A DNA stretch of 64,000 nt, from contig JBHLPW010000001.1 of assembly GCA_048939015.1 (NCBI GenBank), forward strand, positions 102,655-166,654, in the 5' to 3' direction. Position numbers and translations under genes: made by a program. Origin of the DNA: Promethearchaeota archaeon. GTDB taxonomy: Archaea; Asgardarchaeota; Lokiarchaeia; Sigyniarchaeales; SOKP01. Numbering within the stretch: position 1 is the stretch's first letter; each line of letters starts with the position of its first letter. This document shows positions 1-10,615 of the stretch, in pieces. The notes under the pieces are model-generated. The model was not told the DNA's origin, did no database searches, and was given only the letters and a program-made list of their open reading frames with translations.

Positions 1-46
1 AAAAAAATTACCTTCAAATAGAATTAGAGTAAGATCTCCCTATACT

Positions 47-1180
47 CTATTTTTTCTTAATACTTTGTTCTTCTAATCTAATTTTTCTTTGCATTATTCT
101 ATCAAATAGATCGTCCATTGAAGGATAGGGGGTGAATTGTCTGTCTCGTTTTATCATTTTAATTGCTTCTGAGGGGCATTTTGAAGCACAATTTCCACAT
201 CCTATGCAACGTTTTCTTTTAACTAAAGATAAATCATCCTTTAGCTTTATAGCTTTCATGGGGCATATCTCTACACATGTACCACACCCAATACATAAAT
301 CAGAATCCACATCTGCATAATAATTTGCTACTACAACATCAGCAGGATTAGGGAGCATTAAATACTTTGACAAATTTTCACAGCAACAGCTACAGCAACT
401 ACATACAAATGAAAAATTTTGTGAATTATCTGGTTGTAACACAAGTCCTTCTTCTTGGTTTTTCTTCAATATTTCAAACGCTTCTTCTTTTGTTATTTCA
501 TGTCCCCGTCCAAGATCAATAGTTACTTGAGCCATCATACCAGCTGCCATACAAACTTCTCTACGGTTAGTAGCTTTACATGGATCTTCCAAAATGTCTT
601 TTACTTGTCTACAAACACAATTCATTATTGCGAATGGACCTTCAGAGGATTCAAGAATTTTAGAAATATTATCAAAATTACTAACGTTATGTTCAAATTC
701 TATACTTTTCTCAACTGGAATCGTACGTAATTGGGCAGCTCTCACTCTAGATGCTTCTGGTAAGTAACCTTGAGTATAATAATCATGAAAATCCTTAATA
801 AATTCTTTTGTAAGGTTATTTACTTGCCACTCAAACATACCTACTGCTAAAATGGCATTTCCATAATATTTCTTTCCTTCCTCTTTTTTAAAATTTATAG
901 ATCCTTTAGATACCATTCTATCTAAAAAAGTTTCTAACTCTTCGAGAGAAATTCCTGTCTCTTTTGCTCTTTCGTAAATAATTTCTATTGATTCTAAGTC
1001 TCTATCCCACCCGAATTTTAAAAACATAGCGATTTTTGCTTCTTCAGGTGTAAAAAGATGTTTTAATAAGCGAATATCTGCACCTGATTTCACAGAGGGA
1101 AATCCAACTGGCATTTTGTCTAAATGTTGCTGTAATTTCCTATATATGTCAGAATCTTCTATCATACCTAAATTTGCCAT
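47..1180 (-). CDS. 4Fe-4S dicluster (ferredoxin-domain) protein with N-terminal winged-helix-like region
   Basis: C-terminal CIGCGTCVEICP and CIGCGNCASKCP; central CxCR and CSCCSCCC motifs; paralog of 11578..12678. Confidence 0.85.
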   Translation of the reverse strand: MANLGMIEDSDIYRKLQQHLDKMPVGFPSVKSGADIRLLKHLFTPEEAKIAMFLKFGWDRDLESIEIIYERAKETGISLEELETFLDRMVSKGSINFKKEEGKKYYGNAILAVGMFEWQVNNLTKEFIKDFHDYYTQGYLPEASRVRAAQLRTIPVEKSIEFEHNVSNFDNISKILESSEGPFAIMNCVCRQVKDILEDPCKATNRREVCMAAGMMAQVTIDLGRGHEITKEEAFEILKKNQEEGLVLQPDNSQNFSFVCSCCSCCCENLSKYLMLPNPADVVVANYYADVDSDLCIGCGTCVEICPMKAIKLKDDLSLVKRKRCIGCGNCASKCPSEAIKMIKRDRQFTPYPSMDDLFDRIMQRKIRLEEQSIKKK

Positions 1181-1252
1181 TTTTTTAATCCTTAAAATAA
1201 TAAAATTTGAGATTAAATTATTATATGTTCTTTGTATTTATATTAGTTTCTT

Positions 1253-1759
1253 TTAATCATCCCAATTAACTATATGTTCTAAGAATGGCTTAATATTTTT
1301 CAATGATTTTCGTAAAAATAAGGGATATAATCTTATTTCCTCTAATTGGTCGATATCTACCCATTTAAAAATTAATTCAAGTTCTTTTCCATACAATCTA
1401 TCATTTTCCTCTAACATAGATTCTTTCCCAGAAAATTCTTCATTTTCTAAAATTAATGTAGTATCAGGATGAAATTCCATGAGATAAAAAATAGATAATT
1501 CGTGATGATTCTTTTCCTCAAATTTGAAAAAATTTTCTACAAAATAAAGAGGTCTAATTATTCTAATTTTAGCATTAAGCTCTTCCTTCATTTCTCTTAT
1601 AAGAGTATCCTGAGAAATTTCAAAAAATTCACACCTTCCCCCAGGTAAACACCAAAAATCATCAAGGATACTTCTATGTATAAGTAATTTATTATTTTTA
1701 ATGGCTACTCCAGCAACCCTGTAAGTAAACACATTATTTTCTTTTTCAAATCTTAACAT
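1253..1759 (-). CDS. NUDIX hydrolase
   Basis: Nudix-box-like PGGRCEFFEISQDTLIREMKEEL; start moved to ATG 1759 (MLRFEKE) because the upstream extension is AT-rich promoter-like sequence. Confidence 0.85.
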   Translation of the reverse strand: MLRFEKENNVFTYRVAGVAIKNNKLLIHRSILDDFWCLPGGRCEFFEISQDTLIREMKEELNAKIRIIRPLYFVENFFKFEEKNHHELSIFYLMEFHPDTTLILENEEFSGKESMLEENDRLYGKELELIFKWVDIDQLEEIRLYPLFLRKSLKNIKPFLEHIVNWDD

Positions 1760-1839
1760 TTGAATTAAAAGTAATAGAAAAAATTTAAAAAATTTGTATT
1801 TTATCAAATGATATTTAAAAAAAAAGGAAAGGGATAATA

Positions 1840-2631
1840 TTAGTCTCTGAAACCATAATATGCGTTAATGAGTAATAATAAAAGACCAACGACCGTTATA
1901 TCATAGCTACCTATTAGCGTTGTTATTATATAATCCCACCGAAAAGAGTAGCATAATAACGCTATAACAACCACTATTAACACAATGATCGATAGTATGT
2001 TTTTTCCTGTTCGCTTCCACCAACTAGGTTCTAACATTAATTTTTCAATTATTTGTGCCTGACTTAGTGAAGCATCCATATTTGCTATATCCTCCTTGAT
2101 TTTTTTCATTTCTCTGACTTTAAAAATTGATCTGAAAATTCCACCTATAATAAATAACGCAATAATTATCATTAAATCAAGTATAGTGTTAGTGGATTCT
2201 AACGATATTGGAGCGCCTCCATACCAATTAATCACCAGGAAGGTTATTAATAATATAATTAAGAGGATTCTTACTGAAAATTTTGGTAAGTACAAAGGTT
2301 TTTTCTCTTTTTTCACATTTATTAGTACTAATTCAGGATTCTTAATCTCATTAATTATTTCTCGTAATTCTTCGCGTTGACTTCTTCTTGCTTCAAAATA
2401 AAATGCAACAGCAATAAATATGACATTAACAACTAAACCTGGAACATTCTCACCAGATATGATATACCCAAAAGGAAACGTTACCAGCATAAGAGTAACC
2501 AAAGCTCTAACAGTTCCTCGTGGCATACTTAAAGGTTGTCCTTCTACTTTTCCATTTTCACTAAACCTAAAAATTATGCACCATATTAACAAAATTCCAC
2601 CAATAATAAAACTAATTATAAACTCATTCAT
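1840..2631 (-). CDS. Multi-pass membrane protein with internal duplication
   Basis: Several hydrophobic segments; repeated motif PLSMPRGTVRAL / PLYLPKFSVRIL. Confidence 0.75.
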   Translation of the reverse strand: MNEFIISFIIGGILLIWCIIFRFSENGKVEGQPLSMPRGTVRALVTLMLVTFPFGYIISGENVPGLVVNVIFIAVAFYFEARRSQREELREIINEIKNPELVLINVKKEKKPLYLPKFSVRILLIILLITFLVINWYGGAPISLESTNTILDLMIIIALFIIGGIFRSIFKVREMKKIKEDIANMDASLSQAQIIEKLMLEPSWWKRTGKNILSIIVLIVVVIALLCYSFRWDYIITTLIGSYDITVVGLLLLLINAYYGFRD

Positions 2632-2797
2632 TACAAACTCACTTCTGTATGTTTTTTTAACTTTTATAGAATAGGATAAAAATATATTATGATTAATTTT
2701 GATTTAATATTTTTAAGCCTTTGGTTGTTCTTTTTTATAATCTCTATAGAAATATATATATGGAATATCAATCGAGTTTACTAAAAAATCAAATTAT

Positions 2798-4219
2798 TTA
2801 ATTATTTTTTTTAGAGTTGAGAATATTTGCTCGTTCTGAAAGAATAAGATTAATTTTTTCTCGATCTTGGGGAAACCATTTCATTGCAACAATCCATAGT
2901 ATTGCGCCAGGAACTATACAGAAACAGACAATTAAAACAGTTAACTGATAATTCGTACTCGTTAAAACTAATAGAAAACCACATAATAAGGGGCCGATAC
3001 CTCTTCCAAATTGTTCTAGAAATTGGTTCCAAGAAACTATTTGACCTTGTGCTTCAGGTAAGTTAATTTGTTGTATTACCGGACTTTGATTCACAATATA
3101 TAGTGAAAAGATGCTTCTTGATGTAAAAAATAAGGTCCCCATCAACCACATTGTAGGTATTGTCATAATATAGGCTATATTTCTACCCTGTTCTGGGCTT
3201 AATGGAACCCATGGAACGAAAAAGAAAAGGGCAAAGGTGATTAAGCCTCCAATTATCGCGAGGACGATAATTGGTAATCTTCTAACCTGATCTTTCATAG
3301 CAATTTTATCGCTAACTCTTGATAAAAAAATTTGTCCTACTAATCCACCTGTTAAGCCAAAAATTACCATAAAGACACCTATTGAAAAGGGTGCTAAATT
3401 ATAGGGAGGATTCTGAACATAATTTAAAATTAAGAAATTTAGGCTACTCATAAGTATACAAGTAAATATTCCTTCGATAAGCGCAACAATGTTGGTTTTG
3501 CTAAGCATAGTCTTTCGCATCATTTTAATGTCAATTTGGAAATCATATTCAATATTGTCATCTTTAAGAATATGATACAATTCTTCCTGCTGAGCTCCTC
3601 TTTTTGGTTCTTCATTATGAAGTGCAAAAATTAATCCCCCAATAAGAATGAATAAGCCAATACCCCAAAAAAAGATCCTCCAAAGCCCAACTTGAACTAA
3701 GAATGTTGCAATCAACCAACCTATTATATTTGTCGTATTAAGTACTATTTGATAAACACCGAAAAATCTAGAACGATAATCTCGAGGAACTACATCATTA
3801 GATAATGAATTTATTGCTGGCCATGAACCTCCAGCAAAAAAACCAAAGATAGATATCAAAATTAAAAAGTAAAGCCATGTATCGAATCCACCTCCTTTAA
3901 CCGCAAACCCTAAAATTAACATAGAAAATCCTCTGAAGAGAGATATTACTATAATTATTTTCTTTCGAGAGTATTTATCAATCAATCTACCGAAAAGCAA
4001 CCCAGCAATGGATCCACTCCAAGATAAGGTGGTATATAAAAGCCCCATTTCCAATGCATGAATATCTGCAGGATCATTTGGCCAAATAATCTGAGCAAGA
4101 GGAACCACTAGAACAATCATAGCACCATATGCTACGCTTTGAAATCCATTTAATATGTAAAGAGGCCAGAAGATTCTATTGAATGTTCTATTTGGATTAT
4201 TATCTATCCCCTTAGCCAT
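2798..4219 (-). CDS. MFS transporter
   Basis: About 12 TM segments; motif A GRLIDKYSRKK; probable start ATG 4219 after GAGGA. Confidence 0.85.
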   Translation of the reverse strand: MAKGIDNNPNRTFNRIFWPLYILNGFQSVAYGAMIVLVVPLAQIIWPNDPADIHALEMGLLYTTLSWSGSIAGLLFGRLIDKYSRKKIIIVISLFRGFSMLILGFAVKGGGFDTWLYFLILISIFGFFAGGSWPAINSLSNDVVPRDYRSRFFGVYQIVLNTTNIIGWLIATFLVQVGLWRIFFWGIGLFILIGGLIFALHNEEPKRGAQQEELYHILKDDNIEYDFQIDIKMMRKTMLSKTNIVALIEGIFTCILMSSLNFLILNYVQNPPYNLAPFSIGVFMVIFGLTGGLVGQIFLSRVSDKIAMKDQVRRLPIIVLAIIGGLITFALFFFVPWVPLSPEQGRNIAYIMTIPTMWLMGTLFFTSRSIFSLYIVNQSPVIQQINLPEAQGQIVSWNQFLEQFGRGIGPLLCGFLLVLTSTNYQLTVLIVCFCIVPGAILWIVAMKWFPQDREKINLILSERANILNSKKNN

Positions 4220-4366
4220 TTTCCTCAGTTTGAATTGAAATGTTCCAAAGATGGTGAATAAAATGAGGTACAAAATTTTAATTTAATGAGGTAAGTTAAA
4301 TCTTTTGTATTGACACGTAATTAAAAAGAAACCCAAAGATGTATAAAAAATTAAAAAAAAAAAGAA

Positions 4367-4861
4367 TTAATGGTTATGATGATGGTCATGTTCATGACCA
4401 CAACCACAAGCATGAGGAGGATCAGGTTCACAACCTGTTTCAAGTATTTTAATTTTAAAATTTAAAACTTTACCTGCCATTGGATGATTTAAATCAATGG
4501 TAACTATATCATCCGTGACTTCTTTAATAGTAGCAGGAACTGGTTGACCTTGTGGCCCTATTAATAATATCATTAATCCCGGTTTTGGTTCTTGTTCTGG
4601 AGGAAATTGTTCTTTTGAAATAGATTGAGTCATTCCTTCTTTATAATCACCATATGCCTCTGGAGGATTCAATCTGATATTATATTCGTCTCCAACGGAT
4701 TTACCTATTACAGAGTTATCAAAACCTGGAATAAGTTGGCCAGCGCCTACTTCAAATTTTAGAGGAACACCTCCATTTAATTCAGTACTGTCAAATATTG
4801 TTCCGTCATCAAAAGAGCCTATATACTCTACTTTTATTATATCGCCTGTTTTAATTGCCAT
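4367..4861 (-). CDS. slyD: FKBP-type peptidyl-prolyl isomerase, SlyD-like, with His/Cys-rich tail
   Basis: VEYIGSFDDGTIFDS, GQLIPGF, DLNHPMAGK motifs; tail HACGCGHEHDHHHNH. Confidence 0.9.
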   Translation of the reverse strand: MAIKTGDIIKVEYIGSFDDGTIFDSTELNGGVPLKFEVGAGQLIPGFDNSVIGKSVGDEYNIRLNPPEAYGDYKEGMTQSISKEQFPPEQEPKPGLMILLIGPQGQPVPATIKEVTDDIVTIDLNHPMAGKVLNFKIKILETGCEPDPPHACGCGHEHDHHHNH

Positions 4862-4945
4862 TGTTTTTTCAATTTATAAAATATTTGTTGATTAAAGTGA
4901 AGAATGTTTTATTATTGAACCGATTATAATTTAATAATTTATGAT

Positions 4946-5554
4946 TTAAACCTGAGTTTTAATAATAGTGATAATTATATTTTTTAGAAACTCGATTAAT
5001 TCTTCATCCGTATCGAAGAATGGTATGATAAATAGATGACGATGAACGACTGCCTCAATGAGATTGAAAAAAAGTATGTTATTCTTAAGTAAAAGGTCCT
5101 CTGGTACACCTCGAAAGATTCCTTCTTTTTTATATATATGTAGTATATCTTTGAACATGTCATCTACGTAGGTTTTTATATTCGAAAACAATTCTTTATT
5201 AGCTAATATTGCTAGCTCATATGCTCGATGTATTTCATAATTTTCACGATGTGTTTTTAAATGATTTCTAATATATAGGTCAAATATCTTTGGCAGGTTA
5301 TTTTCTCCTATTTTCTTAAGAGCATTGATATCAAGGATCTTTTCTCCGGTATGTTCAAAAAATTTACTGGCTATTGAAGGTTTTCCTTTAGGGAAGTAGC
5401 GGTAAATAGTACCAATCCCTATATTTGCTCTATTCGTAATATCTCTTATATTTATATTCTGATACCCTTTTTCGTTGACTAAATCTGCAAATGCCTGAAA
5501 TACGAGTCTAATTTTCTCATCTTTATCTCTTGTAAATTTTTTTTCTTGATTCAT
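4946..5554 (-). CDS. TetR/AcrR family regulator
   Basis: HTH IRDITNRANIGIGTIYRYF; start moved to ATG 5554 because an operator lies in the extension. Confidence 0.88.
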   Translation of the reverse strand: MNQEKKFTRDKDEKIRLVFQAFADLVNEKGYQNINIRDITNRANIGIGTIYRYFPKGKPSIASKFFEHTGEKILDINALKKIGENNLPKIFDLYIRNHLKTHRENYEIHRAYELAILANKELFSNIKTYVDDMFKDILHIYKKEGIFRGVPEDLLLKNNILFFNLIEAVVHRHLFIIPFFDTDEELIEFLKNIIITIIKTQV

Positions 5555-5563
5555 AGTTAATAG

Positions 5564-5634
5564 TAACGGAACATTGTTCATAAAGTTTATATATTGAAAT
5601 CAATTTTATATTCTTGTGGAACATTGTTCCGTTA
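5564..5634. promoter_or_regulatory. Two TetR-type palindromic operators in a divergent promoter
   Basis: GGAACATTGTTCA at 5568-5580 and perfect palindrome GGAACA-T-TGTTCC at 5618-5630; flanking TAAC/GTTA makes the two sites inverted copies. Confidence 0.75.
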
Positions 5635-5666
5635 TTAGGAAACATTAAAATTTATGAGGAAAAGTT

Positions 5667-6563
5667 ATGAAAATTATTTGTGTGGATCAAGAGAAATGTT
5701 CTAAATGTCTTAATTGTATTAAACATTGTCCTGCAAGTTGTTATACAAATTCAACTAATGAAATAACGGGGGAAAAATCAATTGAATTTAATGATATTCA
5801 TGGTTGGTGTATTTCATGTGGTCATTGCATATCAGTATGCCCTGTTAATGCTATTAAATATGAAAGTTCAGAAACTACATTTGAATTTGAATATGCAAAC
5901 AAGCCATCATCAATAGTTCCTTATGAAACTCTTATAAAAATTATTCGAGCAAGACGTTCGATAAGAAATTTTAAAGAGAAGAATTTATCTAAAGAAGATA
6001 TTAAAGCAGTCTTAGAAGCCATGCGATATGCTCCTACATCCCATAATATGCAACAGGTATATTATATCATTATCACCGACCCAAAAAAGATTGAAAAATT
6101 GAAACAAGAAGCGATAAGATTAGTTAAATTTTACAGAAAAATAATCAAGTATAGTTTCTTCTTCAAATTATTTTTACCAAAGAATGTTAAAGAAGTCATA
6201 TTTGATCCGTCTATTAAAGAGGGAATGGATGATATGATCAAACAATTTGGAGAGGGAAAGGATGTAATCTTTCATTCAGCACCTGTCATAATAATCACTT
6301 ATGCTCCTAGTATGGGACCCACAACGTGTTTGGATTCTGCCATTGCACTAACTCATGGAATGTTTGCTGCTCAAGCACGTGATTTAGGGACTTGTTGTAT
6401 TGGGTTTTCTCATGAAGCACTTAGAAGGTATAAGCAAAATAATAAGTGGTTAAATATCCCGAAAAATATGGAAGTTACAGGTGTTTTAATACTTGGACAT
6501 CCTGATGGTCAGTATTTAAGAGCTCCTCCTCGAAAATCTGTGAAACTTCAATGGAATCCTTAA
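5667..6563 (+). CDS. Ferredoxin-nitroreductase fusion
   Basis: Two CxxCxxCxxxCP motifs, then RRSIRNF and APTSHNMQ nitroreductase motifs. Confidence 0.9.
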   Translation: MKIICVDQEKCSKCLNCIKHCPASCYTNSTNEITGEKSIEFNDIHGWCISCGHCISVCPVNAIKYESSETTFEFEYANKPSSIVPYETLIKIIRARRSIRNFKEKNLSKEDIKAVLEAMRYAPTSHNMQQVYYIIITDPKKIEKLKQEAIRLVKFYRKIIKYSFFFKLFLPKNVKEVIFDPSIKEGMDDMIKQFGEGKDVIFHSAPVIIITYAPSMGPTTCLDSAIALTHGMFAAQARDLGTCCIGFSHEALRRYKQNNKWLNIPKNMEVTGVLILGHPDGQYLRAPPRKSVKLQWNP

Positions 6564-6575
6564 TTTTTTTTTTAT

Positions 6576-8204
6576 TTAATTTGAGAAATATTTCTTAATA
6601 AATTCTAATCGAAATGATTCAGGATTTTTTTTATTTTTAGTTATAAACTCTTCATATTTTTTGTATAAACCTAACATGTCGTCATAAAGCGCCACATATT
6701 CATTATTGGGTTTTATCAATGCACTTTTATGAATATCAATAAATTTAGAGATTACATCATTCCAACTTTTTCCCTTTTTTTTAGAATCATAATAAGATTT
6801 AGCAGCTCTAAGTGCTGAACCTAAAGCTGCTGAATCTGAATAATCAAACATACGAACTTTTGCATTAAAAATATTTGCTAATACTTGGAGTATTGCTTCA
6901 TTGATAGAAGCCCCTCCAGTGGCGTATATTTCGGTAGGTTTTTCGTTAATCCATTCTGAATGAAGCCTCATAGATAAAAATTGAGCTTCGATTATACCCC
7001 TTATATTTCCTTCCATGTCATTTTCATCAAAACCAAATCGATGTACTTTGGGTTCTAATACTTGTGGTACAATCTCAGGAATAAAGTATGGTAACATAAT
7101 TTTTCCATAATTTCCTGAGGGTGTTTTGTTCAAAATCTCAGAAAATTTATCCCAATTTAAATTGAATTTACTTTTTATTTCTTCTCTAGCCAATGAACCA
7201 TTTTTATAGCAAATTAAACTCATATAATCCCCAGTTGGTGCCCCGAAGACATGTCCTTCCCCTTTAAAGTCAAGAGATAAATCTTTTAGATATCCAAAAA
7301 AGGTATCACTAGTTCCTAAACTAATTGCTACTTTTCCTTTTTCGATTACACCTACTCCAATTAGACTATTTGGATTATCTCCCGACCATGTAATTAGATT
7401 AGTGTCCTCGTTAAACCCAAATTTTGAAACAAAATAGTCTGATAAGTTTCCAATCGTAGTTTGAGATTCTGTAAGTTTTGGTAACTTATCGTTTAAATTT
7501 GGAGCTGTCGCTTCTAATGCGCGGTCAGACCATTGTTTTGTTTTGATGTCCATTAAATTCATACCCGCTCCATCGCCATGATCTATAGGAGCATTTTTCC
7601 CTAGTAGAACTGAAGCCATAAATGAACTTACTAAATGAATAATTGAAGTGTTATTATATTCTTCACGATGTTCTTGGTAAAATTTTCTTATTTGAGGTCC
7701 GGAAAATCGTTCAAAAGTATTTGAACCTAATAATTCTATTGTAGAAATTAATCCCCCTAAGTAGTCGCGGATTTCATTACATTGTTTAGATGTACTCGAA
7801 TCCATCCAAATGGGACTTGTATGGCGAGATAATGTAGATTCTAATTGTGTTTTAAGAGATTTATCCAATTGTAAGTTTTTTAGAGTTCTTTCAAATTTAC
7901 TATTCAAATAGACTGTTCCATGTTGTTGTGCAGATCCCGATATTGTCTTAATTTCATTAAGGGGAATATTATTATTAATAAATTCATTAAAGAGCATTTC
8001 TAATGCTTCTATCCACATAAGTGGATAAGAATGAATGATTTTATTATCACCCAAGACAATAACTCCATTTTTAGTTTGATAATGTGGTAATATTTCATCA
8101 AAATTGATACAATACCTAAATACAACTTTACCCATATTAAAATTTATAATAATACCAGTAAGGCTTTGAGTTGAACAATCCAAACCGAGAAACAATTCTT
8201 TCAT
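6576..8204 (-). CDS. FGGY carbohydrate kinase, xylulokinase-like (eukaryotic XKS1/XYLB type)
   Basis: GLDCSTQS, SGSAQQHG, WMDSST, ERFSGPQI, GDNP, SLGTSDT motifs. Confidence 0.85.
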   Translation of the reverse strand: MKELFLGLDCSTQSLTGIIINFNMGKVVFRYCINFDEILPHYQTKNGVIVLGDNKIIHSYPLMWIEALEMLFNEFINNNIPLNEIKTISGSAQQHGTVYLNSKFERTLKNLQLDKSLKTQLESTLSRHTSPIWMDSSTSKQCNEIRDYLGGLISTIELLGSNTFERFSGPQIRKFYQEHREEYNNTSIIHLVSSFMASVLLGKNAPIDHGDGAGMNLMDIKTKQWSDRALEATAPNLNDKLPKLTESQTTIGNLSDYFVSKFGFNEDTNLITWSGDNPNSLIGVGVIEKGKVAISLGTSDTFFGYLKDLSLDFKGEGHVFGAPTGDYMSLICYKNGSLAREEIKSKFNLNWDKFSEILNKTPSGNYGKIMLPYFIPEIVPQVLEPKVHRFGFDENDMEGNIRGIIEAQFLSMRLHSEWINEKPTEIYATGGASINEAILQVLANIFNAKVRMFDYSDSAALGSALRAAKSYYDSKKKGKSWNDVISKFIDIHKSALIKPNNEYVALYDDMLGLYKKYEEFITKNKKNPESFRLEFIKKYFSN

Positions 8205-8236
8205 TGTTATTATTTCCTTTCATAACATTGCATAAA

Positions 8237-8623
8237 TTATTTACGAAATCGTTCAATAAATGATTCAGATATTCCTCTTCTTTGAAGTAAGTCGAATTTT
8301 TTGGCTTGTCGAGTCGGCGATTTCTGATAGGCATTTTCAATAGCTCTCATAAACTGTAAACCATCATATGTTATCTCATACACTCCGTTTCCTTCTCTGC
8401 TAATCAGATTAACATCTCTTAATTGAGTGAGATGATTAGAAACCGCGGTTTTTTTTAATTCTAGTTCTTTTACAATTATACCATAAGACTGTGGCCCTTT
8501 TAAGAGTAATAAAAGAATCTGTATCCTCTTCTCATTACCCAGTGCTTTCAATATTTCTGAAATTTCTGAGAAGGAAAGATTAATGGATTTAATTAGATGA
8601 TCATGAACATTGGAGTTGATCAT
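8237..8623 (-). CDS. ArsR-family HTH regulator
   Basis: LKALGNEKRIQIL...KTAVSNHLTQL. Confidence 0.88.
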   Translation of the reverse strand: MINSNVHDHLIKSINLSFSEISEILKALGNEKRIQILLLLLKGPQSYGIIVKELELKKTAVSNHLTQLRDVNLISREGNGVYEITYDGLQFMRAIENAYQKSPTRQAKKFDLLQRRGISESFIERFRK

Positions 8624-9138
8624 TCTTTATCCTCCTTTTTTAATTTAATAGGGATATACCAATCCATTAATGAACTTTCATTATTTTCTCCCTTCCATCT
8701 ATTAGGATGGTAGGCTTGCATCATAAATGGGTACGAAGGTTCATACTCCGACTCCGGTAACCACTGAGAAAATATATATTCGGTTCCTTTCCCCATATAC
8801 TTCGATGTAAAGAATAAATACTGAGATTCTGGGAACACTTTATAAAACATTTCCATAGGAAAAAATTCTATGCTTTTTACTTCAATTCCAACAAAAATAT
8901 GAAATTTCTTATGTGTAGTATAGTCATCTGGCTCAATATGAACTTCGTATCCTTGAGTTTCTCCGTATTTGATTGAATCTAGGAAATCTCTGTATTTAAT
9001 ATATAAATTCATAAATCTTTCCCAAGTCTTACCAATTTCGTTTTCTCTATCCCAACCTTTTGCTGAATGAAAGGGATCACCATAAAAAACACATCCCAAA
9101 AGTTTGAATATTTTTGGCCCTAATACTTGAGGTTCCAA
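8620..9138 (-). CDS. GyrI-like small-molecule-binding protein
   Basis: EIGKTWERF, FVGIEV, IFSQWLPESEY, WYIPI pattern; ATGA overlap with the ArsR gene. Confidence 0.78.
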   Translation of the reverse strand: MEPQVLGPKIFKLLGCVFYGDPFHSAKGWDRENEIGKTWERFMNLYIKYRDFLDSIKYGETQGYEVHIEPDDYTTHKKFHIFVGIEVKSIEFFPMEMFYKVFPESQYLFFTSKYMGKGTEYIFSQWLPESEYEPSYPFMMQAYHPNRWKGENNESSLMDWYIPIKLKKEDKE

Positions 9139-9278
9139 AACTTCTGAAGAACTCCTTTTTGATAATTAAAATAAGGCTTTTCATATATTTAAATTTATTC
9201 ATTTTTTTTAGGGATTTATTCATATAATTTAAATACTAGAAAATCATTTTGTGGTTACCAACTAAATGGTTAAAAAAG

Positions 9279-9788
9279 ATGAAAGCACAAGAATATATAT
9301 TAAGACCGATAGGCAAGGTTAGAGTTAAAGGAGATGATCCAAAAACGGCAGAATATTTCTTGGATATCGAAAAACCCTACCGCTCGGCTTTAAAAGAATT
9401 AGATAAATGGTCTCACGTAATTGTTCTTTTTTGGGGCCATGAAATGGATAAGGATGAATATAGGAATGCTGAAGATTGGGCGGTGGATGTTCCATATGCG
9501 GAGGGTGCACCTAAAACAGGAATCTTCGCAACTCGCGCAGAATATCGTCCAAATCCAATCCTCATGACAACATCAGCAATATTGAATGTTGATATCAAAA
9601 ACGGACTTGTTCAATTAGCGGGGATAGATGCTTTTAATGACACACCAATTATCGATCTCAAGGCTTATTTTCCTATGTGTGATAGAGTAAGAAATGCTCA
9701 CATTGCACCTTGGTTAGATGGATGGCCAGAATATCTTGAAGATGGTATTGAATGGTGGGAGGAACAAGGATTCTTTAATTATGAATAA
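9279..9788 (+). CDS. TrmO/TsaA-like SAM-binding methyltransferase domain protein
   Basis: LRPIGKV, GIFATRAEYRPNPI, IDAFNDTPIIDLK. Confidence 0.88.
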   Translation: MKAQEYILRPIGKVRVKGDDPKTAEYFLDIEKPYRSALKELDKWSHVIVLFWGHEMDKDEYRNAEDWAVDVPYAEGAPKTGIFATRAEYRPNPILMTTSAILNVDIKNGLVQLAGIDAFNDTPIIDLKAYFPMCDRVRNAHIAPWLDGWPEYLEDGIEWWEEQGFFNYE

Positions 9789-9811
9789 AACTGAGATATA
9801 AAGGGAAAAAA

Positions 9812-10576
9812 ATGGTAAGAATTGTTGAAGTAAATGAAAAAAATATTGATGAACAAGAATTATTTTGTAAAAAAACCAAAAAAAAATTCCCAGGGTATCA
9901 AAATAAAGTTACATGGATGAAAGAAAGGTTCAAAGAAGGATTAAAGTATAAAGTTCTTTATGTTAAGGAAGGAAATAAGGAAACATCACGAGGGATGATT
10001 GAATATATTCCTGGAGAATATAATTGGCGTGGAATTCAAGCTGATGGGTGGATGGTTATACATTGCATTTGGGTTGTTGGAAAAGCTAAAGGGAAAGGAT
10101 ATGGAGACAAGCTATTAAAGATAGCAATTGAAGATGCAGAAAAGCTGGGAATGTACGGGATTGTAGCAATGTCCGCAGAGAAAGGAGGATGGCTCCCAAA
10201 GAAGAAGCTACTTTTAAATAATGAATTCGAAAAAGTGGATGAAATAGAACCATATTTTACATTATATGCTAAATATTTTAATATAGATGCCCCAAAACCA
10301 AAATTTAGCCCTTTAGATAAGAATAAGCAAAATGAATATTCAGAAGGAGTTACAATTGTTTATACTGATCAATGTCCGTATATCACTGATCTTGTGGAAG
10401 AGACGAAGGATATTGATAAAAAAGGAAGATTTAACGCTATTAAAGTTAATGAATGTAAAGGAGCGCAAGAAAATGGATTGTATCCCTATGGTACCTACTG
10501 TATTATATGCGATGGAGATATAGCTCTGTATCAGCATTCTACTAAAAAAACTATTACTTCCATTTTAAATCGGTAA
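9812..10576 (+). CDS. GNAT acetyltransferase with YoaP-like C-terminal domain
   Basis: CIWVVGKAKGKGYG acetyl-CoA motif; YTDQCPY. Confidence 0.82.
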   Translation: MVRIVEVNEKNIDEQELFCKKTKKKFPGYQNKVTWMKERFKEGLKYKVLYVKEGNKETSRGMIEYIPGEYNWRGIQADGWMVIHCIWVVGKAKGKGYGDKLLKIAIEDAEKLGMYGIVAMSAEKGGWLPKKKLLLNNEFEKVDEIEPYFTLYAKYFNIDAPKPKFSPLDKNKQNEYSEGVTIVYTDQCPYITDLVEETKDIDKKGRFNAIKVNECKGAQENGLYPYGTYCIICDGDIALYQHSTKKTITSILNR

Positions 10577-10615
10577 ATGATACACTATTATTTAATTTTA
10601 AAAAAAAAAAGAAAG

